DNA of 64,000 bases from Octopus sinensis (Eukaryota), in NCBI RefSeq assembly GCF_006345805.1, contig NC_043013.1, positions 54,436,001 through 54,500,000 on the forward strand, read 5' to 3'. The notes below the pieces were generated by a model. That model was not told where the DNA came from, made no database searches, and was given only the letters and a program-made list of their open reading frames with translations. This document shows, piece after piece, positions 40,356-54,133 of the stretch; the first letter of the stretch is position 1, and every line of letters starts with the position of its first letter. A program made the translations under genes and the position numbers.

Positions 40356-40803
40356 CACACACATTCATTTATGAGTGGGTGTATGGATGCATTTTTGCAA
40401 TTCACTTGCTTTCAAAATCTTTAACCACCATTTTAGCTAGAATTTTCTTGTCATATCTAAAGGAAATGAAAACAAGGGATTAAAATTCTGTCAAAGCATT
40501 TAGAACACGACTAATATCAGTGTGTCAGACTGAGGCAGAAAATTAGAATATCGGTGTCTCATTGCAAGATATCATCTCACTCAATTTGCAAAGGTTAATG
40601 TTAGTTCAGATGAAATTTAGCCAACTTGCTTTCTCGTTTCAGGTCAGAATATGTCATTTTCAAGATATTTTGCATTGAATTTTCCATCTCATATTAAGCA
40701 TGATCGATTCCAATCGATTAATCTTAGCATCTAAAATTACATTAAAGCAATTTTTTCATAAAATTTATATTTAGAAATTTTGTGATGCTTTTTAATGTGT
40801 AGT

Positions 40804-40837
<34 letters not shown>

Positions 40838-41115
40838 CATATATTACACACACATATTTCTTCATGTTCCTCAATTGATCTATATTTAATACTTCCATCA
40901 GTGCATGCATATAAAATACATAATATATATTATACATATATCAAATATACATACATTTCTGTACATCTATACACACACACAGAGAAGAAAAAAACAAACT
41001 CATGCAAACACAAACACACAAATATGTGCATGTATGTAGTTATATATACATTTATATCTACACACACGTGTCTGTGTGTATGTGTATACACACACACACA
41101 TACATACATATATAC

Positions 41116-41160
<45 letters not shown>

Positions 41161-41247
41161 ATGTTACATTACTCGATAGTCAAGATAAAACTCTGAGTTT
41201 CAGATGCCGAAGTGGAAATCCACAACACCATCTCTTCGGTTATCTGG

Positions 41248-41294
<47 letters not shown>

Positions 41295-41312
41295 TATATA
41301 TATGTGCATATA

Positions 41313-41344
<32 letters not shown>

Positions 41345-41610
41345 CATTCCCCACAGCACACTGCTTGACGAATATTGTTGATATATTTACAACCTTGTAA
41401 CTCAGCAGATTGGCAAAAGAGACTAATGGAATAAGTAGCAAGCTTAAATATAAGAACTGGGGTCAATTTCTTTGACTAAATCCTTCAAGGTGATGCTTTT
41501 GCATGGCTGCTGTCCAATGACTAAAACAACTAAAACCCAAAATATATACATATATTATGTGCATAGGAATATATTTATTGTTGTATTTCGGGATGGTAAT
41601 CTTTTTTTTT

Positions 41611-41929
41611 AATTCAGTTCTATATTTAAGAGAGGAGGAATTATTTACATCATTTACATTTGATAGATATTTGTCCTCGTCTTGTTTGTTGTTAACACAA
41701 CGTTTTGGCTGATATACCCTCCAGCCTTCTTCAAGTGTCTTGGGGGAAATTTCGAACCTGGTTCTCATACCTAAGGTATTTTTCGATGTTATTATTATTA
41801 TTATTGTTGTTGTTGCTGTTCAGGTCACTGCTTGGAATCGAACTCAGAATCTTGGGGTTAGTATCTTGCGCTCTTAACCGCTACACCATATGCCTGTGGG
41901 TAATTATGGAGTGAATTTTTGGGCTCATA
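41611..41929 (-). mobile_element. tRNA-headed non-autonomous element, left arm of a palindrome, with a decayed hammerhead motif at 41694-41739
   Basis: Reverse complement: A box TGGTGTAGCGG, B box GAGTTCGATTCC, (AAC/AAT)n, then GACAC-TTGAAGA-A-GGCTG-GAGGGTATAT-CAGCC-AAAAC-GTT-GTGTT. Confidence 0.8.
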
Positions 41930-41954
41930 GAAAGGATTAGAAAAATATAAGATT

Positions 41955-42212
41955 TATAAGCCCCAAAATTCACTCCATAACTGCCTGTGGGCATATGGTA
42001 TAGTGGTTAAGAGCACGGGCTACGAAGTTCGATTCCAAGCAGTGACCTGAGCAATAACAATAATAATAATAATATTGAAAAATACCTTAGGAATGAGAAC
42101 CCAGGTTCAAAATTTCCCCTGATGAAGGCTGGAGAGTATATCAGCCAAAATGTTGTGTTAACAACAAACAAGATGAGGACAAATATTCGTCAAATATAAA
42201 TAATGTAAATAA
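41955..42212 (+). mobile_element. tRNA-headed non-autonomous element, right arm of a palindrome, with a decayed hammerhead motif at 42119-42159
   Basis: A box TGGTATAGTGG, B box AAGTTCGATTCC, (AAT)n, then CTGATGA-A-GGCTG-GAGAGTATAT-CAGCC-AAAAT-GTT-GTGTT. Confidence 0.8.
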
Positions 42213-42666
42213 TGTAATTTCTTTTGTTTGTTTTTTGCCAAATAAACACACGCGCTATATATTCCTTCTTTATTCGTTTATTATTGTTCTTATTCTAACC
42301 CATGTCCATTGTCTGGAATTCTTTTGTCACACATCTGTGACCTCCTCAGCGACACTTTTCCTCTTCATGTGTGCTCTTGCTCTGCTTATTCCATTCTGAT
42401 CTTCTATGATGTAATAAATGAGTGTGCTTATTTGACAAAAAAAATGACCATCCCAAAATACAACAATATCTGTTTCAACACACGACTTCACATTAGGAAT
42501 CTGCAACATAAATTCATAAATGTGTGTATATATATATATATGCAAAGTGAGATAGACACAGACACAAACATGTATATAAATGTATGTGTACATGTATGAA
42601 AGCTGTGTGTATATATAATACCTGTTGATAGTTAAATACAACTTGCCATACAATGATATAAAAGTC

Positions 42667-42697
<31 letters not shown>

Positions 42698-43678
42698 TGT
42701 TTATATTACTCATAAGATTAATGTCTCTATATACTCTGTGATGTATTCAAAGAATTATTAAATTTCCAGTTTTCACAATTTCAGTTGCATTTTCTTCGTA
42801 TCTTGAAGCCATTTAAATTTTGGATAAGAATTTGCTGTGAACTCTTTGGAATTCTACATTTCCACTAAAAATGACTAAAGACACACTAGATTAAACAGAC
42901 TAATAAGAGGATAGAACGCAGCAGCATTCATAATTTGGTCAGCCTTGATTCTCTTCCTCCAGCTTCTAGGTTTCCAATGAGTTTTGTTTGTGTGGAAGGT
43001 GTGTGATCTGTGCATGTGTGAATGAGGTTATTCAGACACATAAACACACTCACGCACACACTTTTATGTACATACATGTATTAGTATATACACACACACA
43101 CACACACACCCACATACTTATGTGCATAACTGCTTATATGTATGTGAGTGTGTATGTGTGCATTTCATTTGTGTGTGTACGTGTGTGTGTTCATATATAT
43201 ATCTGTTTGTCTTTTGTTGATGTCTAATAAATGTTATACATTGGTCAAAGATTTTGAATCCTCGTGATGCTGTGCTTTAGAGCCAAAAGCAATAAGATTG
43301 AGTTAAGAGTTTAAAGAAATAAATAAGCCAAAAATATATATAAAAAGAAAGAGGTTTTGCTACAGTTTGTGATTTAGAAATTTATATTAAGAAATGTATT
43401 TAGCTGCATAAGAAGAAATTGAAAGAGTACAGTTGCCTTTTTAATTCCTGTAAATATATTTCCTTTTGATAGATAATCTCATTGGTGACATCTTTGAAAT
43501 TTAATATAAAACATTTCAAATGAAGAAAGAAATTAATATCAGATGTGACTTTCTGTTAAAAGAGAAGGAATTGTCAGTTATGGAGGATATTGGGCAAACA
43601 GATCAAGGAGTACTTAGCTTGTCTACCAGAAATCACTTCATGTCTGAGTATACATTATAGCTCTCAACACTATGGTGC

Positions 43679-43943
43679 TATACAGTGAGACATAAGGTGG
43701 AGAGCTGGCATAAACGTTAGCACGCTGGCCGAAATGCTTTACGGTATTTCCTCCACCATTACATTCTGAGTTCAAATTCCGCCGAGATCGACTTTGCCTT
43801 TAAATCCTCTTGGGGTCGATAAATCAAGTACCAGTTATGCACTGGGGTCGGTATAGTCGACTTAATCCGTTTGTCTGTCCTTGTTTGTCCTCTCTGTGTT
43901 TAGCTCCTTGTGGGTAGTAAAGAAATTGGTATATAGTGAGACA
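43679..43943 (+). mobile_element. Full-length SINE family A with a 14-bp target-site duplication (1 mismatch)
   Basis: TATACAGTGAGACA at 43679-43692 and TATATAGTGAGACA at 43930-43943. Confidence 0.9.
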
Positions 43944-46324
43944 CAGGCACATGGGGCAGTTACTGGGGGAGGGGAATAGGACATGAGACTAAATGGTCTC
44001 ACTTGCTACTAATTTATGCTGTAGTTGTGTAAGGGCCTCGTGTGCCTATAATGTTGTTACAACAGATCTAGAGGCATGTGATATCTAATGCAGTTGATAT
44101 ATTGATTACATCTCAGTCGTTTAAATTATCACACGAATGCATCTCTGCTGGATTGCTTGATTTGCTAACCATAGCTGTTAAATTCATTTTATATGCTATT
44201 ATATAGCAGATGCATATTATTATATTATTATATTACTGATGCAAGTTCACAATGGATGGTTAATTTCTCACACATTGACAGCTATTACCTGCTGGTTTCA
44301 TTCTACAAAGAACATGTATTCCCTTGTTTTTTAATTCCAGTAACCATCATAACCATCATAGTAGCCCCTAAATCCAGTTCAGCAGAATCCATCCAAGTAG
44401 ATACTAGAGTACCTACTAAAGAGGAGAAGGGTTACTGTTTCTCCCGGGTGACATGTTTTTTGTGACACATATTAATGTGTACTATGATGTGTTTTTCAGT
44501 AAGATTGTTGGGGATAAAATTTAAGGACCACCCCACATAGTACAAGCTTTAACCTCACCACTATAGGTAGGGTAATGAAAAACTTATTGTTCTGAGTATT
44601 TATACCTGTTGATTATCAATATGATGCAGTATTTGGATTAAGGAACATCTACTTGCAAATATAAAAAAAGCCAGTGGAAAAAATTAGAAATAGCAACCAG
44701 GTATCCTTCACATTCACTCTGTCTTAAAAAAAGAAAGGACACAATAAAAATGTTGTCTACTGCTTGGGAAGTACAAAAACTAAACATGATAGCCACGGCT
44801 GGAATGCCTTTGGTTATAAATTTGTTTCATTCAGGGTTGACCTGGGACTAAATAACAACAACAACTGTCTCTAATTTAGCAATTTTGATGGGAGTGAGTT
44901 AGTGACTTGCATCAAACCCCAAAAGTCAACTGGTACTTCACTTTGTTGACCTTGGATGGATAAAAAGCAAATTTAACATTGGTGAGATTTGAACTTACAA
45001 GGTGAAGAATCAGATCAAATATGACAAGGTATTCTGTCTGTTGCTCTACTGACCCTAACAATCCACTAACAACAACAGCAGCAATACTAACAACAACAGC
45101 TTCCAGTCCTTAATTAGCTTTAATATAATGGAATCAGTGTGATATTTATAAATTTCCCAGAAGACATTTTCTCAGTGACAAAAGCTTCTACACGAAGATG
45201 TCAAAACCAAGCCACAGAAATCCTTATCATTACATCAAACAATGACAACAACAACAACAAGAATAAATAATAAATAGCACCACTGCTGGCACAAGTAAGA
45301 GCATCAGTAATGAGATTAATTGCATTTAAGACAGATCATAGTGATATTCAAAGACAAGATGCTAACGAGAAAATAGCAATGATTCAGCAATAAAATAATT
45401 TGATTTGAAGAAATTTTGATGATTTCTCAAAATGAAGGAAACAGTGTTAGAGATTAATAATAATAATAATGATGATAATAATAACAATAATGTTGATTTC
45501 TTTAATGGCGTCTAATGTGATTGCTGGAAGTATACCAACAGAACTCAACACATCTAAAGGACACTTTTATTAGCCTAACAATCTAATTACACAACTACAA
45601 AAGGAATCGATTCCATCAAAGGAGCTTTAAGCAATGCAAATAATACAATGACAACCAGTGCTTTTCTTTTGTAACGATAACACGGCAAGATGGGGGAATT
45701 GTTAATCTTATATAATCTGATAATTAATATTCAGGTGATTTGCCTTCACAGTGATTTATAAAAAATATTTTATCTATCATCCACTGTCTGCAAAAATCTT
45801 CCCAACTTTTTGTTCTTGGCTGAGACAAACTTTAGAATAAACACCAATCGCACTTTGTGTCCCATCCTTGTGATGCGTTTTTTTTGTACGCTTTCTCTAA
45901 TCCTTCCTATGCCATGTTACTGTCACAAATAGACACACACACACACACATAATTAACTGAATGCTATCATGCATGATATGTTACCAATTGAGTTTAGGGA
46001 CCAGTAATTGACCCCATATAAAACTCCTATATTCTACACATTATCAATTCAACCATCAGAGGACAGGCTAAAATGCAGATTCCTAGTGACAGCATAAGAA
46101 TATTTTTGGTATTTTTATGTTTTAATATACATGTGTTGCAAGGAGTCAGCAGAAAATACAACACTTCAGTTGAGATGTTTCCTTATATACACCATTTGTA
46201 CGGTCATACAATAACAAATAATAAGATAAATAGGGGGGGAGAATGAGGTAAGATGAGGAGAAAAAGAAAGATGAGGAAAAGACATTACAAACTTGTATGT
46301 TTGTGTGTGTATTTATTTATTTAT

Positions 46325-46652
46325 TGAGAATGGCATGGACATAAAAAGTGTCTAATGAAAAAATGATGATTCAGGCTGCTGGAAATAGGAAAGTGTTTTG
46401 TGAGATAAGGGCCAAGCAACTTAGATTTATTGGTTATGCAATGAAGAGAGAGGCCCTGGAGAATTTAGTGATGAGTGGAAAGACTGAAGGGAAGCAGCGG
46501 AAAGAGAAGGATGATATTGGCTGTCACGCTTGATGAACTGGTTGGAAGGAAGAGGCATTAACCGTCAGGAAGAAGTGGAAGTGTTACAGAAAACAAAGAA
46601 CAGAGGATTGTGGTCCTACATTTTGGACATGACATCTAAAGAAGAAGAAGAA
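46325..46652 (+). mobile_element. RTE-type LINE 3' end, 5'-truncated, with (GAA)n tail
   Basis: VSNEKMMIQAAGNRKVFCEIRAKQLRFIGYAMKREALENLVMSGKTEGKQR matches the RTE ORF C-terminal pattern VSNEEV...RQL.F.GH.MR.E.LE.L...GK.EGKR; ends in GAAGAAGAAGAA. Confidence 0.75.
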
Positions 46653-47098
46653 TATATATATAAGGAAATAAACAGGTGGAGGTAGAGAAGCATAAAGTTG
46701 CAACAGTGGCAAGTGTTATGCCAACAGAAGCAACCATTTTAATGGATGACACAAACAGCCAAAAAAAGAAAAAACAACAATGGCAGGCGACTGTTGCTGT
46801 TTGTTATATATTTTATAGATGAAAACTACAGAAACCCATGGCTGGGATCAACCCTGGTCTTTATTATTAGATCCAATCCATCAGTTTGTCTAACTCTGCC
46901 ACCTTCTGATGTTACCCTCTAAGTTTTTGTTGTTTTTATCCACAAAACTCTTGTGCCATGTCAGTTTTTAATTCTTTCTTGTTTTTATTTGTGCACCAAA
47001 ATTTGTGGGACACTGAATATTTTAGGATTATAACAATTATATTATTTTTAGGCAAACTAATGTGTATATTAATCTCCTTTGTGCACTGGTTGTAACCA

Positions 47099-47133
<35 letters not shown>

Positions 47134-48584
47134 ACAGCTGGGAAGATGATGTTTTCCAGCAATGGGGTGCCATTCGTGGAGATCACTATGTTCCAAATAT
47201 TCAGACCAGGTAATTCAATCTGAATAAAATTCTTTCACTCATTTGTGTTCAAGGTCCCAAAGAAATGTAATGAGTGCTGTCCCCTTTCTATTGACTAACC
47301 AATATATAACAAAAAGAAAAACAAAAAAAAAGACCTATTCCAGTCACTCAACAATTTCAGGTTGGATGAGGAAAGTGGAATAATGGTCTGTATTGAAAGC
47401 AGTCAACCTCTGCATTTTGACCAGACTGTTTCCAGAAGAATCAATTTAAAACTGTTTACAACAGAAATAGGTATCATGTGAATGTTTAGTTGTGGTTGTT
47501 TAAATAGCATCGTGATTGTTACATGAGTAATGTTCAGCAATATTTGAAATAAAGAGCAACATTTGGTGAGATTAACAGATGAATGGAGGGAATGAGGTAT
47601 GTACTATAGTGGATGGTTTAAAGGTTGAATGGTTTGGTGAAGGAACGGGTAAATAGGTGGATAGGTGGGTAGAAACACATACAATAGATAAAAGGCAGGT
47701 AGACAGGAAGGAAGGTTGGTATGCATGTAGGGAGGTAGATTAGTTGAATATATTGTCTTCGTTATAGATTTGTAAATAAGTCAGGCATTGTATAACAAAT
47801 TCTAAATAGATGGACAGAGAGAGACATGGATGGATAGGCAGATGGATGGACTGATCACACACATACACACATGCGGTTTGGGCTGTGTTAGATATCTGAT
47901 AAAATAATCCCAAGCAAATGTATTAAATTGTTACAGTATATCTCCTCACCACCAAATAGTAAAGAGCTTTTAAGTAAATCTACGCAGTTAATGTAGATTT
48001 TGCAAAATATTAGTAAAAGGTATGGAATCATGAAGACAAAATATTTAAAAGATGGAAATAGTTGCACACATATAGAAAGCAAGAAGGTTAAAGATGGCTT
48101 TTAGATCATTCCTTGCACAAAGGAAATAAAAGAAGCAACAGAGGAAAATGGAATAGGCCATAAATTCTAGAAAGAAAAGTAGATTCTTTAGCATAAAGGA
48201 ATAAATAACTAGATAAATACATAGAATGGTACATTTTAGTTCCATATTGTCCTATAAGTAGCTCTATGCTCTGACTTAATGTAATTATTTCCTAGACCAG
48301 ATTCCACTTCAAAGATTTAGGTGTCACAGACCTCACTTAGTGTATTAGCAACATCATGTCTTTATCAGACTTCACCTTCCTTACATCTGTAACTGTAATT
48401 ATGACACTGTTAATTGGTATAATTTGTTGTTAATTAATTATGCGGTTATTTTAATGTCAACTACAACTCATGTAAATGATTTTGTATTGGTATAGTTTGG
48501 TATTTGAATCCACTGACTGGCACCGTGAGTCTTTTACTGCCTTGCTAATCCATTTGCTTGATAAAAATTATATGGAAGCTCATT

Positions 48585-48620
<36 letters not shown>

Positions 48621-49199
48621 TGGCTTAGATTAGACAAAACTTAATGAGGTTATAGTAATCTATGGCTTAATACCCTTTCTGTTACACCTGTTTTACAAAC
48701 TTCTTTTTATTGCAATGATTGTTTGTGTGTTCTAAATGTGTGTATATTGTGCGTGTTGGCATGCCTTTCATCTTTGCTTATCACTGCCACTTCAGTGGTG
48801 ACAGTGTGTGTCCCTTCAGCATCAGAAAGGATCTCTGGCTGTAGTAAATTACTTCAACAAGTCTCATCAAATTATCTCTCCTCCCCCTCCTCATGCACAA
48901 CACCTGCCTGCCCTTCCCTTCCCCACCCACTCCTGCAACTTATCCAGCATCATCATCCCTTGTTCTTCTCACCCAGCAGTTCCACACTATTAGTCATCTA
49001 CTCCCCCCCATTCACTCCTGCTCCCTCTCTTCCATCTATTTCTATACACCTCATATCTTGACGGCCAGTCTCTAACACCTCACCAGGATTAATTTTCAGC
49101 TTTCCACAGCCACTCAAGCAACCACAAAAAAATCTACCAATCAGCTCTGGCCCCTTCCGCCATACTTTACAATCTTTTACCCCCTCATCTCATAGCATG

Positions 49200-49510
49200 A
49201 TGTTGCCCCTTCAGGGTTTGTAGTCTTGCAAACTGTATGGTGGCCCCCGTGAGATCTGAGTGGCATGATAAATGCACCCAGTTCACATTGTAAAGTGGCC
49301 CCCCGTGAGATCTGGGTGGCATGATAAATGTACCCAGTTCACACTGTAAAGTGGTTGGCATTAGGAAGGGCACCCAGCCGGGGAAAATTGCGCCAAAGCC
49401 AACACTGGAGTGTAATGCGGTCCTTGGGTCCAGCAGATTCTGTCAAACAGTCCAATCCATGACAGCATGAAAGATGGACATTAAATGATGATGATGGTGA
49501 TGATGATGAT
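49200..49510 (+). mobile_element. Family C retroposon with an internal tandem duplication of about 56 bp
   Basis: GTGGCCCCCGTGAGATCTG...TGTAAA repeated at about 49240 and 49295; GGTTGGCATTAGGAAGGGCA motif; (ATG)n tail. Confidence 0.8.
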
Positions 49511-49843
49511 GACAATGAATAAAAGGTTAACTTTCTTGGTTTTCATTTTTTTTCTCTTTAATCCAGTCAAATAACAACAGCAAGAAGAAATAAATGCCAT
49601 GAATTTTGAATTCCCATGTCCGAACCCTTGGAGAAACGGTCAAGACGAAAGGTTGGGGTGCAACAACAAAATGGTGATTATTTCAATGTTTTACATCCCC
49701 CCCCCCATCATAGCAACTTGAACGACATGTTATAGCTTGAAACCATTAAGAAGTATATAAGGAACTAATGCATTTTGTGTATGCATAAAATGCAGGGTAT
49801 ATGCATTTGCAATTACATACATATCTTGAAAAGAATGCACCAG

Positions 49844-49878
<35 letters not shown>

Positions 49879-50876
49879 GTATATGTATATATGTATATGT
49901 ATATATAGACACACAGACACACATAACATAGATGCTTTCTTGTAGTAAAGTAAATCAATAGACGCATAAATTTGATGAAATTTCGTTATTTAAAGTGTTT
50001 GCGCATAATTTTGAAGCCTACTCTATGTAAATACACACACAGTCACTTGTATGGAATATATGTAGATATCTATCTGTGTGCACATAGATCTATACTCGGT
50101 GATGCGTATGGGATACACACATGATCAATTTAATTGTGGATAAGCCACAGCGAGCAAATGTGCCTAATGCTGTAATGTGGTGCAAAGGAATAGTTTTAAC
50201 ATGGAAGAGGAGGAAGAAAGAAGACTAGAAATAAAATGGATTGGAATTGAGAAGCTGTTGTTGATGGAGGAGAGTGAACGATGAAGAGGAAGAGTCGTAT
50301 CAGAAAGCACAGAAGTTAAAGATTAAAAATCGATTTTCTCATCACTTCTTTCTTTGCATCTCTCATTATCTCTAGTCCTCTCTCCTTCTCTCCCTCTCTC
50401 TCGGAATCAATGTGTCTATATGCGTGTGTCTATGTATAGATATATATAAATATATATATGTATTTATGTATGTATGTGTATACAGGCAAAATCATAAATG
50501 CATATGTATGCATACTCATATTCAAAGTTATATAATATACAAACATACACACACACACACATATGTATATATGTATATACATATATATACATACATAAAT
50601 ATGCATGCATAATAGATACCTATATAGTATATCTATACATACATAATAGATTCATACATGCTCACACATATATGTTTAGTATCTGACTGTCTAACTCGAT
50701 TCATCTTTGTCTCCCTTCTCTTCTTTTTCTTTAATTTCGAATTTTCCATGACTCTTATATATTTTGTTTGTTTTTGATTTCTATCGATATCATTTTTGTG
50801 CAGCTGGTCCTCCCTTTCACCCTCTCAGTTCCATTGCTTTCCCTATCTGTCTGCCTGTCTCTCTCTCTCCCTCCCT

Positions 50877-50955
<79 letters not shown>

Positions 50956-51124
50956 CCTATCTATCAGACAAATTGTCTGTCCTCTTTTCTTCATTATTAT
51001 TTCATATTTCCCTCCAAACCTTCTGATGTTTCAATTCAATGCAATCGTCAGTATATGTTTTCTGAACATTGTGTAACTACATATAATATGATTATACACA
51101 CACACACACACACATATATGCTCT

Positions 51125-51178
<54 letters not shown>

Positions 51179-51644
51179 GTATGTGTAATATTATATGTGC
51201 ATGTATGTATAAAGAGGTATCAGATGTTTAGATATTCAGCATAAGTGGAACAAGTGGTTAATATTGTTCTGTGCTAGAATATACTGCATCATATCACTGA
51301 CAATTCCAGTTTCGTTGCAAAAGAATTAAGAAAACAAATTTGTGCGTTTGTTTATAGGAAATATATGGGAAGGAGATGAAAGCCAATTATGTAAAAATTA
51401 TATATTTTATAAAGGTAATTATATAGAAATAATGAAAATTATGTAAAGTTAAGACAATTTATGAATTTGACAACACACACACACACACACTCAATTTCAC
51501 TCTGAATTTTTTCTGTGAGGCCAAGCTCCATATTTCTGCAATCTTTTGAAAATCAGAAGATTTAACAAAAAGTAATGTTTAGTGGAATTTCCAATTTCTC
51601 AAGAACAGAATAAAACACCCAAATGTACGTTGGGTACTTTTGTC

Positions 51645-52012
51645 TTTGATCATTTACCTGTTTCTGTCATTAGACTGTGGCCATGCTGGAGCACCACCCT
51701 GATGAAGTTTAGATAAACCGGCCCTGGTACTTATTTTTCTTAAGCCTTGTGCTTATTCTGTCAGGCTCTTTTGTTGAACTGCTAAGTTGTGGGGACATAA
51801 ACAACCCAATGCTGGTTGTCAAACAGTAGTGTGGAACAAACACACACACACACACACATGATGATTTTCTTTTCAGTTTCTGTCTACCAAATCAATTCAC
51901 AAAGCTTTGGTTGGCCTGAGGCTATAGTAGAAAACACTTTCCCAAGGTGCCACGCATTGAGACTGAACCCAGAACCATGTGGTTGGGAAAGAGATACCCT
52001 ACCACACAGCCT
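51645..52012 (-). mobile_element. SINE family B, near full length
   Basis: GCCATGCTGGAGCACC...TTCAGTTTCTGTCTACCAAAT...GAACCCAGAACCATGTGGTTGGGAA...ACCACACAGCC. Confidence 0.8.
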
Positions 52013-53865
52013 TGCCTGCATTTGTACAATTTCATACATACAGATACACACACACAAGTATATACATTCATACTCATATGCAGACATACATATATGTATA
52101 CACATACGACTGTGTACATACCAGTAATTTCAGGAATGCCAGAATGCAGCTACAAACAATGTAATCCGTGTAATCTCTTTATGTTTAATAATAAACAACA
52201 AAGAAAATAGAAGCAAATCATTTCTTCTCTGGGATTTAAAGACATAAAAAGACCATGAAAGACCGTAATCTTTTTAAGAAGTAGAATTCTAAAGAGACTG
52301 GAGATTGTTGGAATGGCAAAAGATTTACCAGAAAGTGTCTGAATGATATTCTTCGACATTTAAGTAGATATGCATGTCACTTGCAGAAGATTATCTTTGT
52401 GGACCAGGTATTAGGATCAGTGTTGAGGATATCTGTTGTCAATATTGCATAACTGATATCTATGTGATTAGATTTACCAAGTGATTTTATAAAAGATATC
52501 ATAATTATTAGCGATTTGTTCCTAGCATGGAAATCAGTTGGGGTGGACGTTAGTTTGTCAATGGAGGAGCTTCTAGCTGGTCACTCAACCTGCAGGAAGT
52601 TATAGTTTAATCTCTATCAAAGCACATTTTGTTATCTTAAATAAAAGAAAGGTTCATTGAATATTCTAGTCCTAGATGCACAATATCTGGACAAAATATT
52701 TGATTTTCTGTCCAGAACACTGAGTGGTCTGCTGGACTAGAGTTGATATAAAGAATATATGACAGTAATAACTAGGAGACATCAGATAATGTTATCTGAG
52801 ATACATGTTTAAATAGAAGACATAATAGTCAGAGCCGGAACAATGTCTAAATGATCAAGCTCATCTAAAATAAAAAACCATGATTGAAGATTCATAAAAG
52901 CACCTCAGAGGAGTGAAAAAATCTTATAAACTACCCTCATTCTTAATTCAGTTTAAATGTTTTCCTTTACTTGTCACAATGAACTTTGACCCTTGTAATA
53001 CCAACCCATGTCAGACTATTCTAGGTTCCTTGATACGAATTACATATTTAAAAGGGATCTAAATTAAAACCTTCCATCAAAATTTCCTGCAATTTAAAGA
53101 TCAGTTTAGCAAGATGCAACGAAAATTTTAGGAAAATAAAAATAAGAAATAAGTGGAAATTTCACCGGTGAGTGTGTTACATAATAAGGAAATGACTCTC
53201 CCCAGACACAACAAAATGGTAAAGTTATTTTATAAAATTCATTATCATCCTTGTTTTAGCATTCTGTTTACTATGCTTGCAGGGGTCAGGCAGAATTTGG
53301 TGAGACAGATTTTCTATGGCCAGATGCCCTTTCTGTTGCATCTGCTTCCAAGTTAATATTTCCTCACAGTTGAACATGTTTTCATGGATGATTGGCAATA
53401 AAAGACACTTGTATAAAACAGTGGCGCCCTTTCGTAACTATCTCACAATGTCCAAAACGGGGGAACTCCATCACAATCATTCAAACACACATGCATGCTC
53501 ACATACATACATGTGAGTGCACACACACACACACACACACACGCACATGTATGCATGAAGAGGTATGGACATTTTCACACATGAGGGATCTTCCATCTGC
53601 CACATCAACTCACAAGGCTCTGTGGCAGACAAGAACTATATTTTGAAAATTAATTGTAACAAAAGTAATGTATTTGAACAGAAATGTGAGAGCAAATGAA
53701 TTCTTAAGTACCATAATCCATGTCGTATACTTAATGTGTGTGTTTAGGCTACAATATTTCATCCAAGGGTAAGAAGTCCCTTTAAGACATAAAGTGTTAG
53801 TAAAACTCTGCATACCTGAAAGTCATTTGAAAAAAGAAACTGCCTCACAGGCAAACAGAAATGGC

Positions 53866-54133
53866 AGATATTGCTATTTCATTCACGGCAGTGAGCCTGC
53901 AGAATTGTTAGCATGACAAGCAAAATGCTTAGTGGTATTTCGTCTGCCATTACGTTCAGAGTTCAAATTCCGCCGAGGTCGACTTTGCCTTTCATCTTTT
54001 TCGGGTCGATAAATTAAGTACCAGTTACACACTGGGGTTGATGTAATCGACTTAATCTCTTTGTCTGTCCTTGTTTGTCCCCTCTATGTTTAGCCCCTTG
54101 TGGGCTATAAAGAAATAAGATATTGCTATTTCA
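53866..54133 (+). mobile_element. Full-length SINE family A with a perfect 16-bp target-site duplication
   Basis: AGATATTGCTATTTCA at 53866-53881 and 54118-54133. Confidence 0.92.

Noticed and set aside
47132-47209. Exon-like WEDDVFQQWGAIRGDHYVPNIQT with donor AG|gtaatt
   Set aside because: The acceptor sits at the end of a (GT)n tract without a pyrimidine run. It could equally be a Tc1-like FQQDGA remnant; unresolved.
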